Source: an uncultured Phycisphaerales bacterium | GTDB taxonomy: Bacteria > Planctomycetota > Phycisphaerae > Tepidisphaerales > Tepidisphaeraceae | Assembly (NCBI GenBank): GCA_963844715.1 | Contig: CAWJPJ010000006.1 | Span: 544,001-608,000 of the forward strand | DNA length: 64,000 nucleotides | Direction: 5' to 3' | In this document: piece after piece, positions 51,169-62,806 of the stretch | Position numbering within the stretch: the first letter of the stretch is position 1 | How the letters are laid out: every line of letters begins with the position of its first letter | Notes under the pieces: generated by a model | Told to the model about the DNA's origin: nothing | The model's database searches: none | Seen by the model: the letters and a program-made list of their open reading frames with translations, nothing else | Translations under genes and position numbers: made by a program

Positions 51169-52493
51169 GGAATCAGCGTCTGAATAGGCCGCGGCATCAC
51201 GTCCACCTCGACGGTTTCCGGCAATTCCTTCCCGCTCTTCGCCCCCATCTCCCCCATCTCCCGAGCCTTCGGCACCACCCGGCTCTCCACCGACGCCACC
51301 GCCGCGTTGTAGCTCGCCACGGATGCCTTCAAACTCGTCCCCAATTTTCCCATGTGCTCAAGCCAAACACGAATTCGGTCGTACAGTTCTTCCCCCAGTT
51401 GCCGAATCTGTTCGGTATTTTCCGCCGCCTTCTGCTGCCGCCACCCGATCTCGATCACCCGCAACAGCGCCATCAAAGTCGTCGGCCCCGCCGGAATCAC
51501 CTGATCCTTCAAACAATCCTCGAGCAAATCCCCATCCTGCTCCAGCGCGTGATACAACAGCGCCTCCCCCGGCAAAAACATGATCACATACTCCGGCGTA
51601 TGCACAAACTGCGACCAGTAATTCTTCTGCGCCAGTTCCCGCGCCCGGCTGCGCACCTGCTGCGCGTGCTTCTGCAATTCCCCGCGCCGCACTTGCTCAT
51701 CCGTCGCCTTGGCGGCTTTCAAAAACGCGTCCCCGCTCGTCTTGCAGTCGATCACCACTTCCCTTTCCCCGGGGAGTCTCACCACAAAATCCGGCCGCAG
51801 TCTCCCCTCCTCCCCGGCAACCGTCTCCTGCTCCACAAAATCGCAATGCGAAGACATCCCCGAAAGCTCGAGCAATCGCCGCACCGAAATCTCCCCCCAC
51901 TGCCCGCGCACATCCGGCCGCGAAAGCGCCGTCACGAGTTGCGAAGTCTGCGTATTCAGCGCCCGCTGGCTCTCCTTCAGCGACCCCAATTCCTCGCTCA
52001 ATTTACTGAACGATTCCACGCGAGACTTTTCCATCTCCCCGCTGCGATTCTGTAGCTGTTCCAGCGATTGCTTCAGCGGCTGAAGCAGCGCATCCACCTG
52101 TTCCCGCCTCTGCTCAAACGACACGCTCGCCAGCTTCAAAAACTCTTCGTTATTCCGCGCCACGCCTCCGCCGAAACGTTCCCAAACACGTCGCGCAAAG
52201 CAAGCCGCGCGTCGTCCAGCAGCTTCCTCTGCTCGGCCAAATTCTGCCGCGCCGCATCAACCTGCGCCGCCAACCCCTGCGCGCCCAACCTCCGATTGTG
52301 AAAGTTGTTCCCGCAGATTCTGATTGAGTTCTTTTTCGGAGCTGAGTTGCCCCGCCGCGTCCGATTGTCGCTGATTCGCAACCGCCAATTCCGTCCGAAC
52401 CCGCGCCGATTCGCCTCGCCCGCGCCGGTCGCCGATCAAATACCCAACCAGCGCCCCCGCCACCACGCCTGTGATAATAAAAAGTGCGACCAT
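51165..52493 (-). CDS. rmuC: DNA recombination protein RmuC, two frameshifts
   Basis: N-terminal TM + coiled coil; [39 protein letters not shown]. Confidence 0.9.
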
Positions 52494-52672
52494 ATCGGGG
52501 CTCCGTCCCGGACCGAATGTAAGCCGCCCTATCCAAGGAAGCAAATACTTCCAAACCGCCGGCCCGCGACGATCGCCAGATCAAAATCGGAGCAATAAGA
52601 GCCTTTCACAGAAAAAGGTTTTCGCGCTCTTCGCGTCTCGGTGGCGACGAAAAATTATTTTTAATTTCCCTA

Positions 52673-52702
52673 TTGAAATGCCCCCGGGGTGCTCGATATA
52701 TT
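52673..52702 (+). promoter_or_regulatory. Putative recA promoter
   Basis: TTGAAA-18 nt-TATATT with AT-rich sequence upstream. Confidence 0.45.
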
Positions 52703-52885
52703 AGCCTAACAGATACTGAACAAGGGCGGTTTGGTGACTTCCGTCGAGTTCAGCTTTGGCGGGTCAATGCCAGCCTGCCGGGAGATTGAGGCTTGCCCTC
52801 AATAACCGGTCGTTGCTTGGGCCTGCTTTAAGTCACCACTACATACGCCGGCTGAAAAATATACCCGGCGGTAAAGGAGTCTCCC

Positions 52886-54072
52886 GTGATCAAGTCCCCC
52901 GAAAAGGCGGATGCGAAGAAGGACCAAGCTTCGCCCGCAGTGAGCGTCACTTTACGCGAACCCGCGGCCAAAACAGCGCAGCCTTCCCCGGCTGATAAGA
53001 AGGCGGCCGACAAAGTCGCTGAAAAAGCCGCCGAGAAGGCCGAGAAGCACGACGCGGCGCGCGATTCGGCTCTTTCCCGCGCTGTTCAGCAGATTGAAAA
53101 GCAGTTCGGCAAGGGCGCCGTGATGAAGCTCGACGGCGATGTGAAAGCCACCGTCGACGGCATTCCCACCGGATCGCTCAGCCTGGACATCGCCCTGGGC
53201 GGGAATGGCGTGCCGCGCGGCAGAATTCTCGAAATCTTCGGACCCGAATCGAGCGGCAAGACGACCCTCACGCTTCACATCATCGCCAACGCGCAAAAAG
53301 GTGGCGGCGTTGCGGCGTTTATCGACGCCGAGCACGCGCTCGATCCTTCCTGGGCAAAACGCCTTGGCGTTCGCCTCGACGACTTGCTGGTTTCGCAGCC
53401 GGATACGGGGGAGCAGGCGCTGGAAATTTGCGAGCTGCTGGTGCGCTCCAACGCGGTGGACGTGATCGTGATCGACTCCGTCGCCGCTTTGATTCCTCGG
53501 GCCGAAATCGAAGGGGAAATGGGCGACTCGCATATGGGTCTTCAAGCGCGCCTGATGAGCCAGGCGATGCGCAAGCTGACCGGGGCGATTGCCGCAGCCG
53601 GGCCACGGTCGTGTTCATCAATCAGATCCGAGAGAAGATCGGGGTGATGTTTGGGAATCCGGAAACGACGCCGGGCGGGCGGGCGCTGAAGTTCTATTCG
53701 TCGGTGCGCATCGACGTGCGTCGCACAGGGACGATCAAGGAGGGGGAAGTCTCGATTGGTTGCCGGACCCGGGCCCGGGTGGTGAAGAACAAGATCGCGC
53801 CCCCCTTCCGCGATGCCGAATTCGACATCATGTTCGACGGCGGTATCAGCTACGAAGGCGATCTCCTCGATCTGGCTGTTCTGGCCAACGTCGTCGAAAA
53901 GAGCGGCGCGTGGTTCAACTATAAGACCACGCGGCTCGGGCAGGGCCGGGAGACCGCCAAAGGATTCCTCATCGGGAACAAGGACGTGGCCGAGGAGATT
54001 CGCCAGGCGGTTTTGGAATCGAAGGGAATGCTGGCGGGGAAGGCGGCGCCAACGGCTCCGGCGGAGGCTTAG
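52886..54072 (+). CDS. recA: Recombinase RecA, frameshift near 53597, with Lys/Ala-rich N-terminal extension
   Basis: [72 protein letters not shown]. Confidence 0.97.
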
Positions 54073-54104
54073 GACGCCGAAACCAGGCATAGTTGCTTAC
54101 CAAC

Positions 54105-54158
54105 GCCACGGGATAGCCTTTCGACCCGCGCAGGGCGGGCTATCCCGTGGCTTTTTTT
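54105..54158 (+). terminator. Rho-independent terminator of recA
   Basis: gccacgggatagcc ... ggctatcccgtggc followed by T7. Confidence 0.85.
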
Positions 54159-54216
54159 CTGTAAACGTGCCTCATTGTTAGAGTTCCCCGCCCATTGCGT
54201 CCGATATTGAAAGTGC

Positions 54217-55729
54217 ATGGTCGGACCGATTTTCCGATATGGTCGGTGGTTCGCGCTTCCGGCGGTGGGGTGGGCGCTGTTCGCGGCCGGGCTGCGGCTA
54301 GCGCATCCGGTTCCGGGGGCGCTTTTGGCGGCCGACGATCCGACCACCCGCCCTACCGACGAAAGCGACTGGCTCGACTCCTCGGACAACATCGATTTAC
54401 CGGATCTTCAGGAGCGGTTTGTTTCGATCGGGAGGAAGGTGGCGCCGGCCGTTGTCGCTGTCTCGGCCGCGGAAACGGCTTCGGACTCGGATGACGTCTG
54501 CCGCTCGGCGGACATGGACGGCCCCAAGCTCCAGGAGATTCTCGGCAAAACGACCCGGACCGTCGGCAGCGGATTTGTCATTGATCCGGACGGGTACATT
54601 CTGACCAACGAGCACGTCATCGAGGACTCGGAGCAATTCTGGGTGACGACGGACGATCATCGCGTGTTTCCGGCCGTCGTGGTCGGGGCCGACCCGCGGG
54701 CGGATTTGGCGGTGCTGAAAATCCCGGCGACGGGTTTGCCGACGGTCCGAATGAATTGCCAGGGATCCCGGCGCGGGCAATGGGCGATTACGCTGGGAAA
54801 TCCCTACGGGCTGGCAACCGAAGGGGAGATGGCGATGTCCATAGGCGTCATCAGCGCGACCGATCGGGCGCTCCCGCATTTGGCTAATCGCGAAAATCGG
54901 CTTTACACGCATCTCATCCAGACAACGGCGCAGATCAATCCAGGAAACAGCGGCGGCCCGCTGTTTAATCTCAATGGCGAAGTCATCGGCGTGAACGCGG
55001 CGGTGATTCTGCCCCAAAAGCAAACCAACGGAATTGGGTTTGCCCTCCCGATTACTCCGCAGCTTGTGGCCGAGGTATCGAATCTTCGTCAGGGGAAGGA
55101 AATCACCTATTCGTACCTCGGCGTGATCGTCAACACGCCCACCATCGGCGAGCAGCATGCCGCTTGGGTTGACCGACATCAGCGGGGCGCGAATCGATTC
55201 CACCGAGCAGGGATCCCCCGCCGCCGCGCCCGGGGGGCTGCTGGCGGGGGACGTGGTGATTCGTCTGGAGAATCGGCCGGTAATCGATGGGGATCAGTTT
55301 GTGCGCGTCGTGGGCGGCTGGCCGATCGGCAAAGAGATTTCGCTTCGGGTACTGCGCGATGGGCGTTCGGTGGATGTCACGGTGACGCCGATCAAGCGGC
55401 CGATTCAGTATTCCGTGTACGAGCAAACCCAACGGCTGCGCTGGCGCGGACTCGTGGTCGGCCCGATTCCGGACAATTGGCTTGGGGCCGGCGCGATTGC
55501 CGCGGCCAGCAAGGACAAGCGCGTGGCGGGACTCCTGGTGATCGCGGTGAATGACGACAGCCCGTTCAAGAACCAGGGCGTAGCCCCGGGGAGCGTCATT
55601 ACGTCCATCGGGGGAAAGCCGGTTTCGAGCATTGTTGAGATGCAGAATATTCTTAACGACCTGCCCCCGGATCAGTGCACGATTCAATTGGCCCCGTCGG
55701 GAACGCCGGTTGTTTCGGGGCAGAGGTAA
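54217..55729 (+). CDS. HtrA/DegP-like serine protease with PDZ domains, frameshift near 55150
   Basis: GSGFVI; TNEHV; DLAVLKI; INPGNSGGPL; two PDZ-like segments. Confidence 0.9.
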
Positions 55730-55774
55730 CGCCACTCCTCTTTCGTATAGTACCAATCTAAGCAATTGCCTTGA

Positions 55775-55870
55775 CTGACCCAATGCCTTGACGGCAAAGT
55801 GTACGTGCTCCGCGTGATGACCCATAAGGAATACGACAAGGGCAATCAACGCTGGAAGGACGATTTATGA
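55775..55870 (+). pseudogene. C-terminal remnant of HigB toxin
   Basis: Translates ...GKVYVLRVMTHKEYDKGNQRWKDDL*; TGA overlaps the higA ATG (ATGA); in-frame stop just upstream. Confidence 0.7.
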
Positions 55871-56331
55871 AAACCCGCGATGGCATTCCGACCGCGCTGG
55901 CAGGGCTGCCGAAGTCATATCTTGCGCTGCTCGGCGAGTTTCCCTTGCGGCCGATCAGGAGCGCGTCGGAATATGACCGAGCCGCTCGAATCGTCCATCG
56001 GCTGGCTCTACGCGAGGGAAAGCTCAATGCCGGCGAGGAGGCTTATCTCGAGGTCCTCGAATCCCTGATCGAGCGATATGATGGCAATCACTCTCCGATC
56101 AATTCTGATGACGTCTCGCCTACCGAGGTGCTACGGATGCTGGTGGCGCAGTCCGGCATGAACGTCACGGATTTGGGAAAACTGCTCGGCAGCAAAGGCG
56201 CGGCGTCCGAACTCCTTATCGGGAAACGCAAGGAACCAAGCAAGGCGCAAATTGCCAAACTGTGCGCGCGTTTCAAAGTAGACGCGAGCGCCTTTCTTTT
56301 GCCGGTGAAGCGCCCGGCCCACGCGGCGTGA
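55867..56331 (+). CDS. HigA-family HTH antitoxin
   Basis: PLRPIRSASEYD; YLEVLESLIERYD; DLGKLLGSKGAASELLIGKR. Confidence 0.85.
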   Translation: MKTRDGIPTALAGLPKSYLALLGEFPLRPIRSASEYDRAARIVHRLALREGKLNAGEEAYLEVLESLIERYDGNHSPINSDDVSPTEVLRMLVAQSGMNVTDLGKLLGSKGAASELLIGKRKEPSKAQIAKLCARFKVDASAFLLPVKRPAHAA

Positions 56332-57535
56332 CCGCGGAACCTCCCAATATCCAATCGCATTCCGGTTCCGGTCGCGCCGTGACCGCCGGGTTTTTGGGCT
56401 GGACCCTCGATGCGTTCGATTTCTTTCTCGTGGTGATGACCCTCACCACCATCGGCGCCGAATTTCATAAGTCGGACGCCCAGATGGCGCTGAGCGTCAC
56501 GCTCACGCTCGCGTTTCGGCCGGTCGGGGCCATCATTTTCGGATTGATGGCGGATCGATATGGGCGGCGGGTTCCGCTCATGCTCGATCTCATTTTCTAC
56601 TCAGTCATCGAGGTACTCACGGGCCTGGCCCACAGTTACCGAGCGTTTTTGATTCTTCGGGCGCTCTTCGGCATTGGGATGGGAGGCGAATGGGGCGTGG
56701 GGGCGTCGCTGACGATGGAGAAAGTTCCGCCGCGATTGCGCGGGGTTTTGTCGGGATTGCTTCAGGAAGGGTACGCGGCCGGCTATTTGCTCGCGGCGGT
56801 GGCCTATGGAACGATCTCGCCGCGATTTGGCTGGCACCCGCTGTTTTTCATTGGAGGATTGCCGGCGATTTTGGCGATTTTTATTCGCTTCGGCGTGAGC
56901 GAATCGGACGTGTGGCAGAAGAATCGGCCGGAAAGCTGGAGCGCACTTGGCCGCGACATCCTCGCGCATTGGAAGACCTTTCTCTACATCACGATCCTCA
57001 TGACCATGATGAACCTTTCTTCCCATGGGACGCAGGATTTGTATCCGACATTCCTCCAGCGCGAGCGGCATCTGGACGTTCAATCGCGATCGACCCTTAC
57101 CGCTATTTCCATGATCGGCGCAATTCTCGGCGGTTTTTGCTTCGGGCGGCTGTCCGATTTCTGGGGAAGGCATCAGCCATGATCTGGGCTTTTCTGGGAG
57201 GGATCTGCATGGTCCCGTTATGGATTCTGCCGACGAGATTCGCTCTGCTTGCTGCCGGCGCGCTGGCGTTGCAATTCATGGTGCAAGGCGCGTGGGGAAT
57301 CATCCCTGCGCACATCAATGAGCTCTCGCCCGATTCCATTCGCGGGTTTATGCCGGGATTTGCTTATCAATGTGGGAATCTGCTGGCGAGTTATGTGGTC
57401 GTCTTTGAGGCCGGTCTGGCGCAGAACTGGGGATACACGCGCGCGATGATGATCGCGGCGACAGTCATCTTCTGCGCGGCGATTGTCGTTACCTATCTCG
57501 GACGCGAAAAACACGGCGTGATCTTTGGAGCCTAA
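56328..57535 (+). CDS. MFS transporter, sialate/lactate:H+ symporter (SHS)-like, frameshift near 57170
   Basis: GWTLDAFDFF; ADRYGRR; GIGMGGEW; SHGTQDLYPTFL; GFAYQCGNL. Confidence 0.9.
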
Positions 57536-58203
57536 GCGATCTGCCCAATCGCCGAGAAATTGACCTGGAAGGAAAGCTGCTCAAGCTGGACCGCCAGATC
57601 GACGGCGTTGAGCGCGATTTCCTTGGGCAAGTTGAGGGACACCGGGGCGAAATTCAATATTCCGCGGATTCCGGATTCGACAAGGGTGTCGGCCACGTCC
57701 TGCGCCACTTCACCCGGCACGGCGAGGATGGCCAGCCGAATCTGGTGCTTTTCGATTGTCGGCTGAAGCTCGGTGAGGGGTTGGATAAGGAAGGTCTGTT
57801 GGTCTCCATCGGGGCCGACGCGCTGCCCGATTTTAGCGGGGTCGGCGTCGAAGACCGCGACGAGCCGAAATCCCTTGGCGTCGAAGCCTCGATACGCCAT
57901 CAAGGCGCGGCCAAGATTTCCCGCCCCGACGAGGAGGACGTTCCAGATTTTGTCGGTGCCGAGAATGTGCCGGACGCGCGCGATAAGTTCCTCGACACGA
58001 TAGCCGATGCCGGGGTGGCCGAACTGGCCGAAGTAGGCAAGGTCCTTCCGAACCTGCGCGTCACTCAGGCCGAGGCTTTCGCCCAATTGGCGGCTGGAGA
58101 TGGTTCTCCGGTCCTTGCGGCGGAAGACTTCAAGCTGGCGGAGATAAAGGCTGAGCCGCCGAACGGCTGGGTTGGGAGCAGGTTCGGGGCGGAATGTATC
58201 CAT
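57532..58203 (-). CDS. rex: Redox-sensing transcriptional repressor Rex
   Basis: RRLSLYLR; QVRKDLAYFGQFG-x2-GIGY; VGAGNLGRAL; GILNFAP. Confidence 0.96.
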   Translation of the reverse strand: MDTFRPEPAPNPAVRRLSLYLRQLEVFRRKDRRTISSRQLGESLGLSDAQVRKDLAYFGQFGHPGIGYRVEELIARVRHILGTDKIWNVLLVGAGNLGRALMAYRGFDAKGFRLVAVFDADPAKIGQRVGPDGDQQTFLIQPLTELQPTIEKHQIRLAILAVPGEVAQDVADTLVESGIRGILNFAPVSLNLPKEIALNAVDLAVQLEQLSFQVNFSAIGQIA

Positions 58204-58496
58204 GTAAATAATTCTAAGGCCAGACGCTCAACCCCACATTACAAGACGCCTTCATGCGGCCGGTTTTGCGGTCGCGAACCACAAGTCCCGCATTGACGGC
58301 TCGTCTCCTCGCCGGACAAACAAGAGCGGCTCAGCTCTTCTTCATCATCTTCATTGCGGCCGCGCCGCCGAGGAGTAAAACCGTCACGGCGATCATGACG
58401 ATTTGCAAACTCTTCATACTTCGATTTTAACATACCCGGCAGGTATGCCAAGCAGAACTATGCCCAGCGCCACCCTTTAGATGTGGAGAATCCTCG

Positions 58497-59446
58497 ATGC
58501 CGTCCATTGATATGCCGCTGGAACAGTTGCGGCAATACAAGCCGTCTTTGTATCGCGAGGAGAATTTCCAAATATTCTGGGATCAAACGATTGCCGAGGC
58601 GACCAAGCAGCCGCTGAACGCGGAGTTGATCCCTTATCCCTTTCCGGTGCGGGGAATCGAGTGCTTTGCGGTGCGTTTCGATGGTTTCAAAGGCGGCCGG
58701 CTTGCTGGCTGGTACGTCCGGCCCGAGGGCGCGGGCCGTTCCCGGGAATTTGTCTTTATCACGGGTACAGCGTTCGGGCGGCCCGGCCGCTGGATTTGAT
58801 CCCCTTTGCGACGATGGGATTGTGTGCGCTCAGCATGGATTGCCGGGGACAAAACGGCGAATCGCAGGACACGGCCGCCTATCCGGAAGGTCATTACACG
58901 GGATGGATGACCACCGGCATTCGAGACCCCTGGACGTATTACTACCGGTATGTATACGCGGATGCGGTGCGCGCGGTGGAGATATTGGCGAATCGCCAGG
59001 AAGTTGACGCGAAGCGATTGGCCGTTGGCGGAGCCAGCCAGGGCGGCGGTTTGTCCATCGCGGCGGCGGCGCTGTCGCGCCGGCCGATTTTGGCGCTGCC
59101 CGACATTCCCTTTTTGTGTGATTATCGCCGGGCCGTCATGATCGCGCAGAGCGGGCCGTATCCGGAGATCGCGAATTTTCTGCGCGTCTATCCGCAACTT
59201 TACGAGCAGGCGATTCGAACGCTGGGGTATTTTGATTGCCTGAATTTGGCGCCGTGGATCACCTGCCGGACGGTGATCTCCAACGGGTTGTGCGACGACA
59301 GTTGCCCGCCTAGCACGATCTTCGGCGTGTACAACCACATCACGGCCGAGAAGCAGATGGAAGTTTATCCGTTCCAAAAGCACGAAGTGGCCTATGAGCA
59401 TCAGGAACTGAAGATGCGGATTATCGCCGAAGTCCTGCGGCCATGA
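58497..59446 (+). CDS. Acetylxylan esterase / cephalosporin deacetylase (CE7), frameshift near 58735
   Basis: DMPLEQLRQY; HGY; DCRGQ; GASQGG; PFLCD; CPPST; HE. Confidence 0.9.
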
Positions 59447-59468
59447 TTTCGTGATATAGTTTGCCTCA

Positions 59469-60896
59469 ATGGCCGAGGGATTTTTTGAGTTTCACGAGCG
59501 GATTTCCAAATCGCGGGTCGCGGCACGAAATGTTAAGACCGCGCCCCCCAGTGGCGAGCCGCTGACCGTCGCGCAACTGACGGCATTAATCGATAAAGCG
59601 CTGACGGGTGCGTTTCCCGGGACGGTGGCCGTTCGCGGCGAAGTCAGCAACGCGCGACGGCAGACTTCGGGGCATCTCTATTTCACGCTCAAGGATAGCG
59701 CGGCGTGTTTGAACTGCGTCATGTGGCGGGACGCGGCGTCGCGACTGAAATTCACGCTCGAGGACGGCGTCGAGATGATCGCTATCGGGCGCGTGTCGGT
59801 CTACGCGCCGCAGGGGAAGTACCAGCTTCAGGCAACGTCGCTTCAGCCGGTCGGGCGGGGGCTCGAGCTGGCATTCAAGCAACTGCACGCCCGGCTGGCG
59901 ACCGAGGGGCTTTTTGGCGCCGAGCGGAAGAAGGCGATTCCGCGGTATCCAAGTGCGATTGCGCTCGTCACCAGCCGGTCGACCGCGGCGCTTCAGGACA
60001 TGCTGAAAGTGTTGCGCCGTTATCCGTGGATCAACTTGTCGCTATATCACGTGCCGGTTCAGGGGGAAGGGAGCGCGGAAAAGATTGCCGCGGCGCTGGG
60101 TCATTTGAGCCGCCACACACCACGGGCCGATGTGATCCTGCTCGGGCGCGGCGGGGGATCGCTGGAAGACCTGTGGTCATTCAACGAGGAGATCGTCGCC
60201 CGCGCGATCGCGGCGTCGCGGATTCCGATCGTCACGGGCGTCGGTCACGAGATCGACACGACCATCGCGGATTTGACGGCAGATTATCACGCGCACACGC
60301 CCACCGAAGCGGCGCAGATCGTGGTACAGCATTGGAAGCGGGCGGCCGAGGAATTGAATTTCGCAGGGACGCGACTGAACCGCGGGATCAGGCAGATTTA
60401 CCGCGATTCGCGTCAGCGGCTGAAGGACGTCTGGCGGCACGAGTTCTTCCGCCGCCCGACGGATCGGATTCAACAGCTTCGCCAGCTATTGGATGATCGA
60501 CAGCGCGGGCTCATGCTGGCCGCGGGGTCATCGCTGAGGGAAATCGAACGACGCATCACACGACTACATGACCGGCTGCAAACCCATCATCCGCGCCAGC
60601 AACTCGCAGCCCAGAATCAAAGAATTACCTCGGCGCGGCAACGGCTTTCATCGTCGATGGGGATCTATCTTCAAAGCCGCCAGGCGCAGTTAAAATCGCT
60701 CGAGCGGCAGCTCGAAGCGCTTTCGCCGCAGCAGGTGTTGAGCAGAGGCTATTCAATCACCACAATGAAAAAAACCGGGAAAATCGTCCACAGCGTGGCT
60801 GAACTGCGCGAAGGGGAGCGAATATTGACGCGCCTGGCCGACGGCGAAAGCGAGTCGATTGTGCAAGACTCCAGGCAATTGCCGCTCTTTGAATAA
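59469..60896 (+). CDS. xseA: Exodeoxyribonuclease VII large subunit
   Basis: GEVSN; SGHLYFTLKD; RGGGSLEDLWSFN; GVGHEID; TPTEAA; LSRGYS. Confidence 0.97.
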   Translation: MAEGFFEFHERISKSRVAARNVKTAPPSGEPLTVAQLTALIDKALTGAFPGTVAVRGEVSNARRQTSGHLYFTLKDSAACLNCVMWRDAASRLKFTLEDGVEMIAIGRVSVYAPQGKYQLQATSLQPVGRGLELAFKQLHARLATEGLFGAERKKAIPRYPSAIALVTSRSTAALQDMLKVLRRYPWINLSLYHVPVQGEGSAEKIAAALGHLSRHTPRADVILLGRGGGSLEDLWSFNEEIVARAIAASRIPIVTGVGHEIDTTIADLTADYHAHTPTEAAQIVVQHWKRAAEELNFAGTRLNRGIRQIYRDSRQRLKDVWRHEFFRRPTDRIQQLRQLLDDRQRGLMLAAGSSLREIERRITRLHDRLQTHHPRQQLAAQNQRITSARQRLSSSMGIYLQSRQAQLKSLERQLEALSPQQVLSRGYSITTMKKTGKIVHSVAELREGERILTRLADGESESIVQDSRQLPLFE

Positions 60897-61329
60897 TTGT
60901 TTACCGTCGAGCAGCCAAGCACGCGAAAACAAAAATAAACGCCGATCACCCAACCTGAACAATTCCCGCGTAACCGGCCCACTACGCCTGCATGATTCCT
61001 CCGTCCGCAACCAGGTCATCTATAGCGACTCAGTTGCAATCACAGGTGCCGTACTCTTTGTCAGCTTCTTAGTCAGTACCGCCCCATCATGTACTCCTTT
61101 TCAAATCCCGGGCCGGCCAGTAGGTTCGGCTTCTAATTTGCGTTTCGATATTTGTTTTTACCGCCTCTTTCTGCTTCACATAATCCTAGGGGTCAATCTC
61201 CTCGACGAACAGAAAATCCGCCACAACCAGGAAAGAATCGCAAGATTTGTCCTAGACTTACAAGGCTTGTCGAGGGAATCATGAACAGATTCGAACGTAT
61301 CGATTCACCTCAGACCCAAGGAGATCAAT

Positions 61330-61719
61330 ATGAACACAATAACTTTTACAAAAACCCAACCACCCGAATGGCTTTTAGCTTTTTGGAAGGAAATTGATGA
61401 CAAGACTTTCGGTAAAGGTTTTGACTGCTTTACGAAAGATGCCATCTGCAACCTTGGCGTTGCGGATTGGCACGGACGCGAGGCCATTCGCGAGAATCTT
61501 CGCGCGTTCATCGACACCGGCTTCACTGCCCATCACGATGTGGAAGACTATTGGGATGGTGGGTCCCTTAAAGTCTTTCGCGGTATCGTCACAATGACGC
61601 CCGACGACAAGACCAAGCCGGTTGTGCGGCCGGTCATGACCCATTTTTTCTACATGGATAAAGCGGATCCTTCCAAGGTCAGCCACTGGTACGGAGCCGT
61701 TGGCCCCACGGCGTTTTAG
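61330..61719 (+). CDS. NTF2-like/SnoaL-family protein
   Basis: GGAG RBS; FTKDA...GREAIRE pattern; lower GC than the flanks. Confidence 0.7.
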   Translation: MNTITFTKTQPPEWLLAFWKEIDDKTFGKGFDCFTKDAICNLGVADWHGREAIRENLRAFIDTGFTAHHDVEDYWDGGSLKVFRGIVTMTPDDKTKPVVRPVMTHFFYMDKADPSKVSHWYGAVGPTAF

Positions 61720-61890
61720 GCCCTTCGGCCCCCGACCCGGGCTATTCAGCCTCAAACCTGGAGTCTCCCGGCGGCGCGTTCGAGGCCGGCCAAAACTGAC
61801 GCCATCCGTCGTTTCCCCCATTCCCGGGAAAGGCCAACCCCATTTCAACATCACGATCGAAGTCCACCCGCCGTGCCGGGCATCTCGCCG

Positions 61891-62745
61891 TCAGCCTCCC
61901 TCCGCCGGCGCGGGAACAAACCTCCAATCCTCCCAATCGCAGATCTCCCCATACCCGATGTCGCAATATAATTTCATCGTCGTCGGGTTCTCGGCGTCCA
62001 CGAACAGAAAGACAAATCTCTTGCCCTCATCCAGCATCTTCTGGCTCAGCGCCGCGACGCACGCCCGCGCATAGCCTCGTTTGCGAAACTCGGGGGGCGT
62101 ATAAACCAGATTGACACGAATTCCGTTCGGCGTCGGCCCGGCCAGCGCCGCCATCGACACCGGCTCGGGATCGCACCAGACAAACAAACGCTTTCTTTCG
62201 ATGCGCTGCCGAACGTGGTCTTCGACATCGGCGATCTCCATCCCCAACTCCCTCCCGAATTGCTCCACCCAAGGCGTGACGATATGCGAACCTTCCACGC
62301 CCACCAGACGAAGTTCGCCGCTCACGGATTGCCCCGCGCGCACCCGCTCGGTCCTCATGATCTTCATCTTCAGCCGCGCCTCCGTCGCTAATCCGTGCAA
62401 GCGCCCCCACTCATCGGCAAAATGGCACACCATCGGCCGAGGCCCGCAAACCGTCGGCAACTCGATATTCTCGCCGCGCAGAACGATCACCATCTCGCTC
62501 AGCGCGTCCGCCGCCATCCGCGAGATGACCAACCCCTCGCCCGTGCTAACGCCCGTCCCCGCAACCCGCCCCGATTCGTCCTCCACGGCGACCATGAGCA
62601 ACTTCCCGAGGTCCGGCTTGCGAATCCCCTTCACCACATCCGATAGATATCCAACCGCCCAATTGTTGACGGTCTCATCCTCCAAAAGAAACGGCATCAC
62701 CCGCCCAGAAAACTCCGCCGGATCGTGATAACGCTTCACTTGCAT
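61891..62745 (-). CDS. GNAT-family N-acetyltransferase
   Basis: VYTPPEFRKRGYA; LFVDAENPTTMKLYCDIGY. Confidence 0.92.
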   Translation of the reverse strand: MQVKRYHDPAEFSGRVMPFLLEDETVNNWAVGYLSDVVKGIRKPDLGKLLMVAVEDESGRVAGTGVSTGEGLVISRMAADALSEMVIVLRGENIELPTVCGPRPMVCHFADEWGRLHGLATEARLKMKIMRTERVRAGQSVSGELRLVGVEGSHIVTPWVEQFGRELGMEIADVEDHVRQRIERKRLFVWCDPEPVSMAALAGPTPNGIRVNLVYTPPEFRKRGYARACVAALSQKMLDEGKRFVFLFVDAENPTTMKLYCDIGYGEICDWEDWRFVPAPAEGG

Positions 62746-62806
62746 TGAGACACCCGCAAATTGAATTTATCCGCGCCCATCCGCGAAATCCGCGGTTAAA
62801 CCCATT

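Noticed and set aside
53580..53610. Programmed frameshift or intein in recA
   Set aside because: No slippery site or insertion; consistent with the window-wide indel errors
58204..58496. Rex operator or ncRNA between rex and the CE7 gene
   Set aside because: No convincing TTGTGAA-N4-TTCACAA match and no clear structure
62769..62800. ATCCGCG x3 repeat, possibly half of another nonamer element
   Set aside because: Only one arm is visible; a possible related arm near 63978 is cut by the window edge
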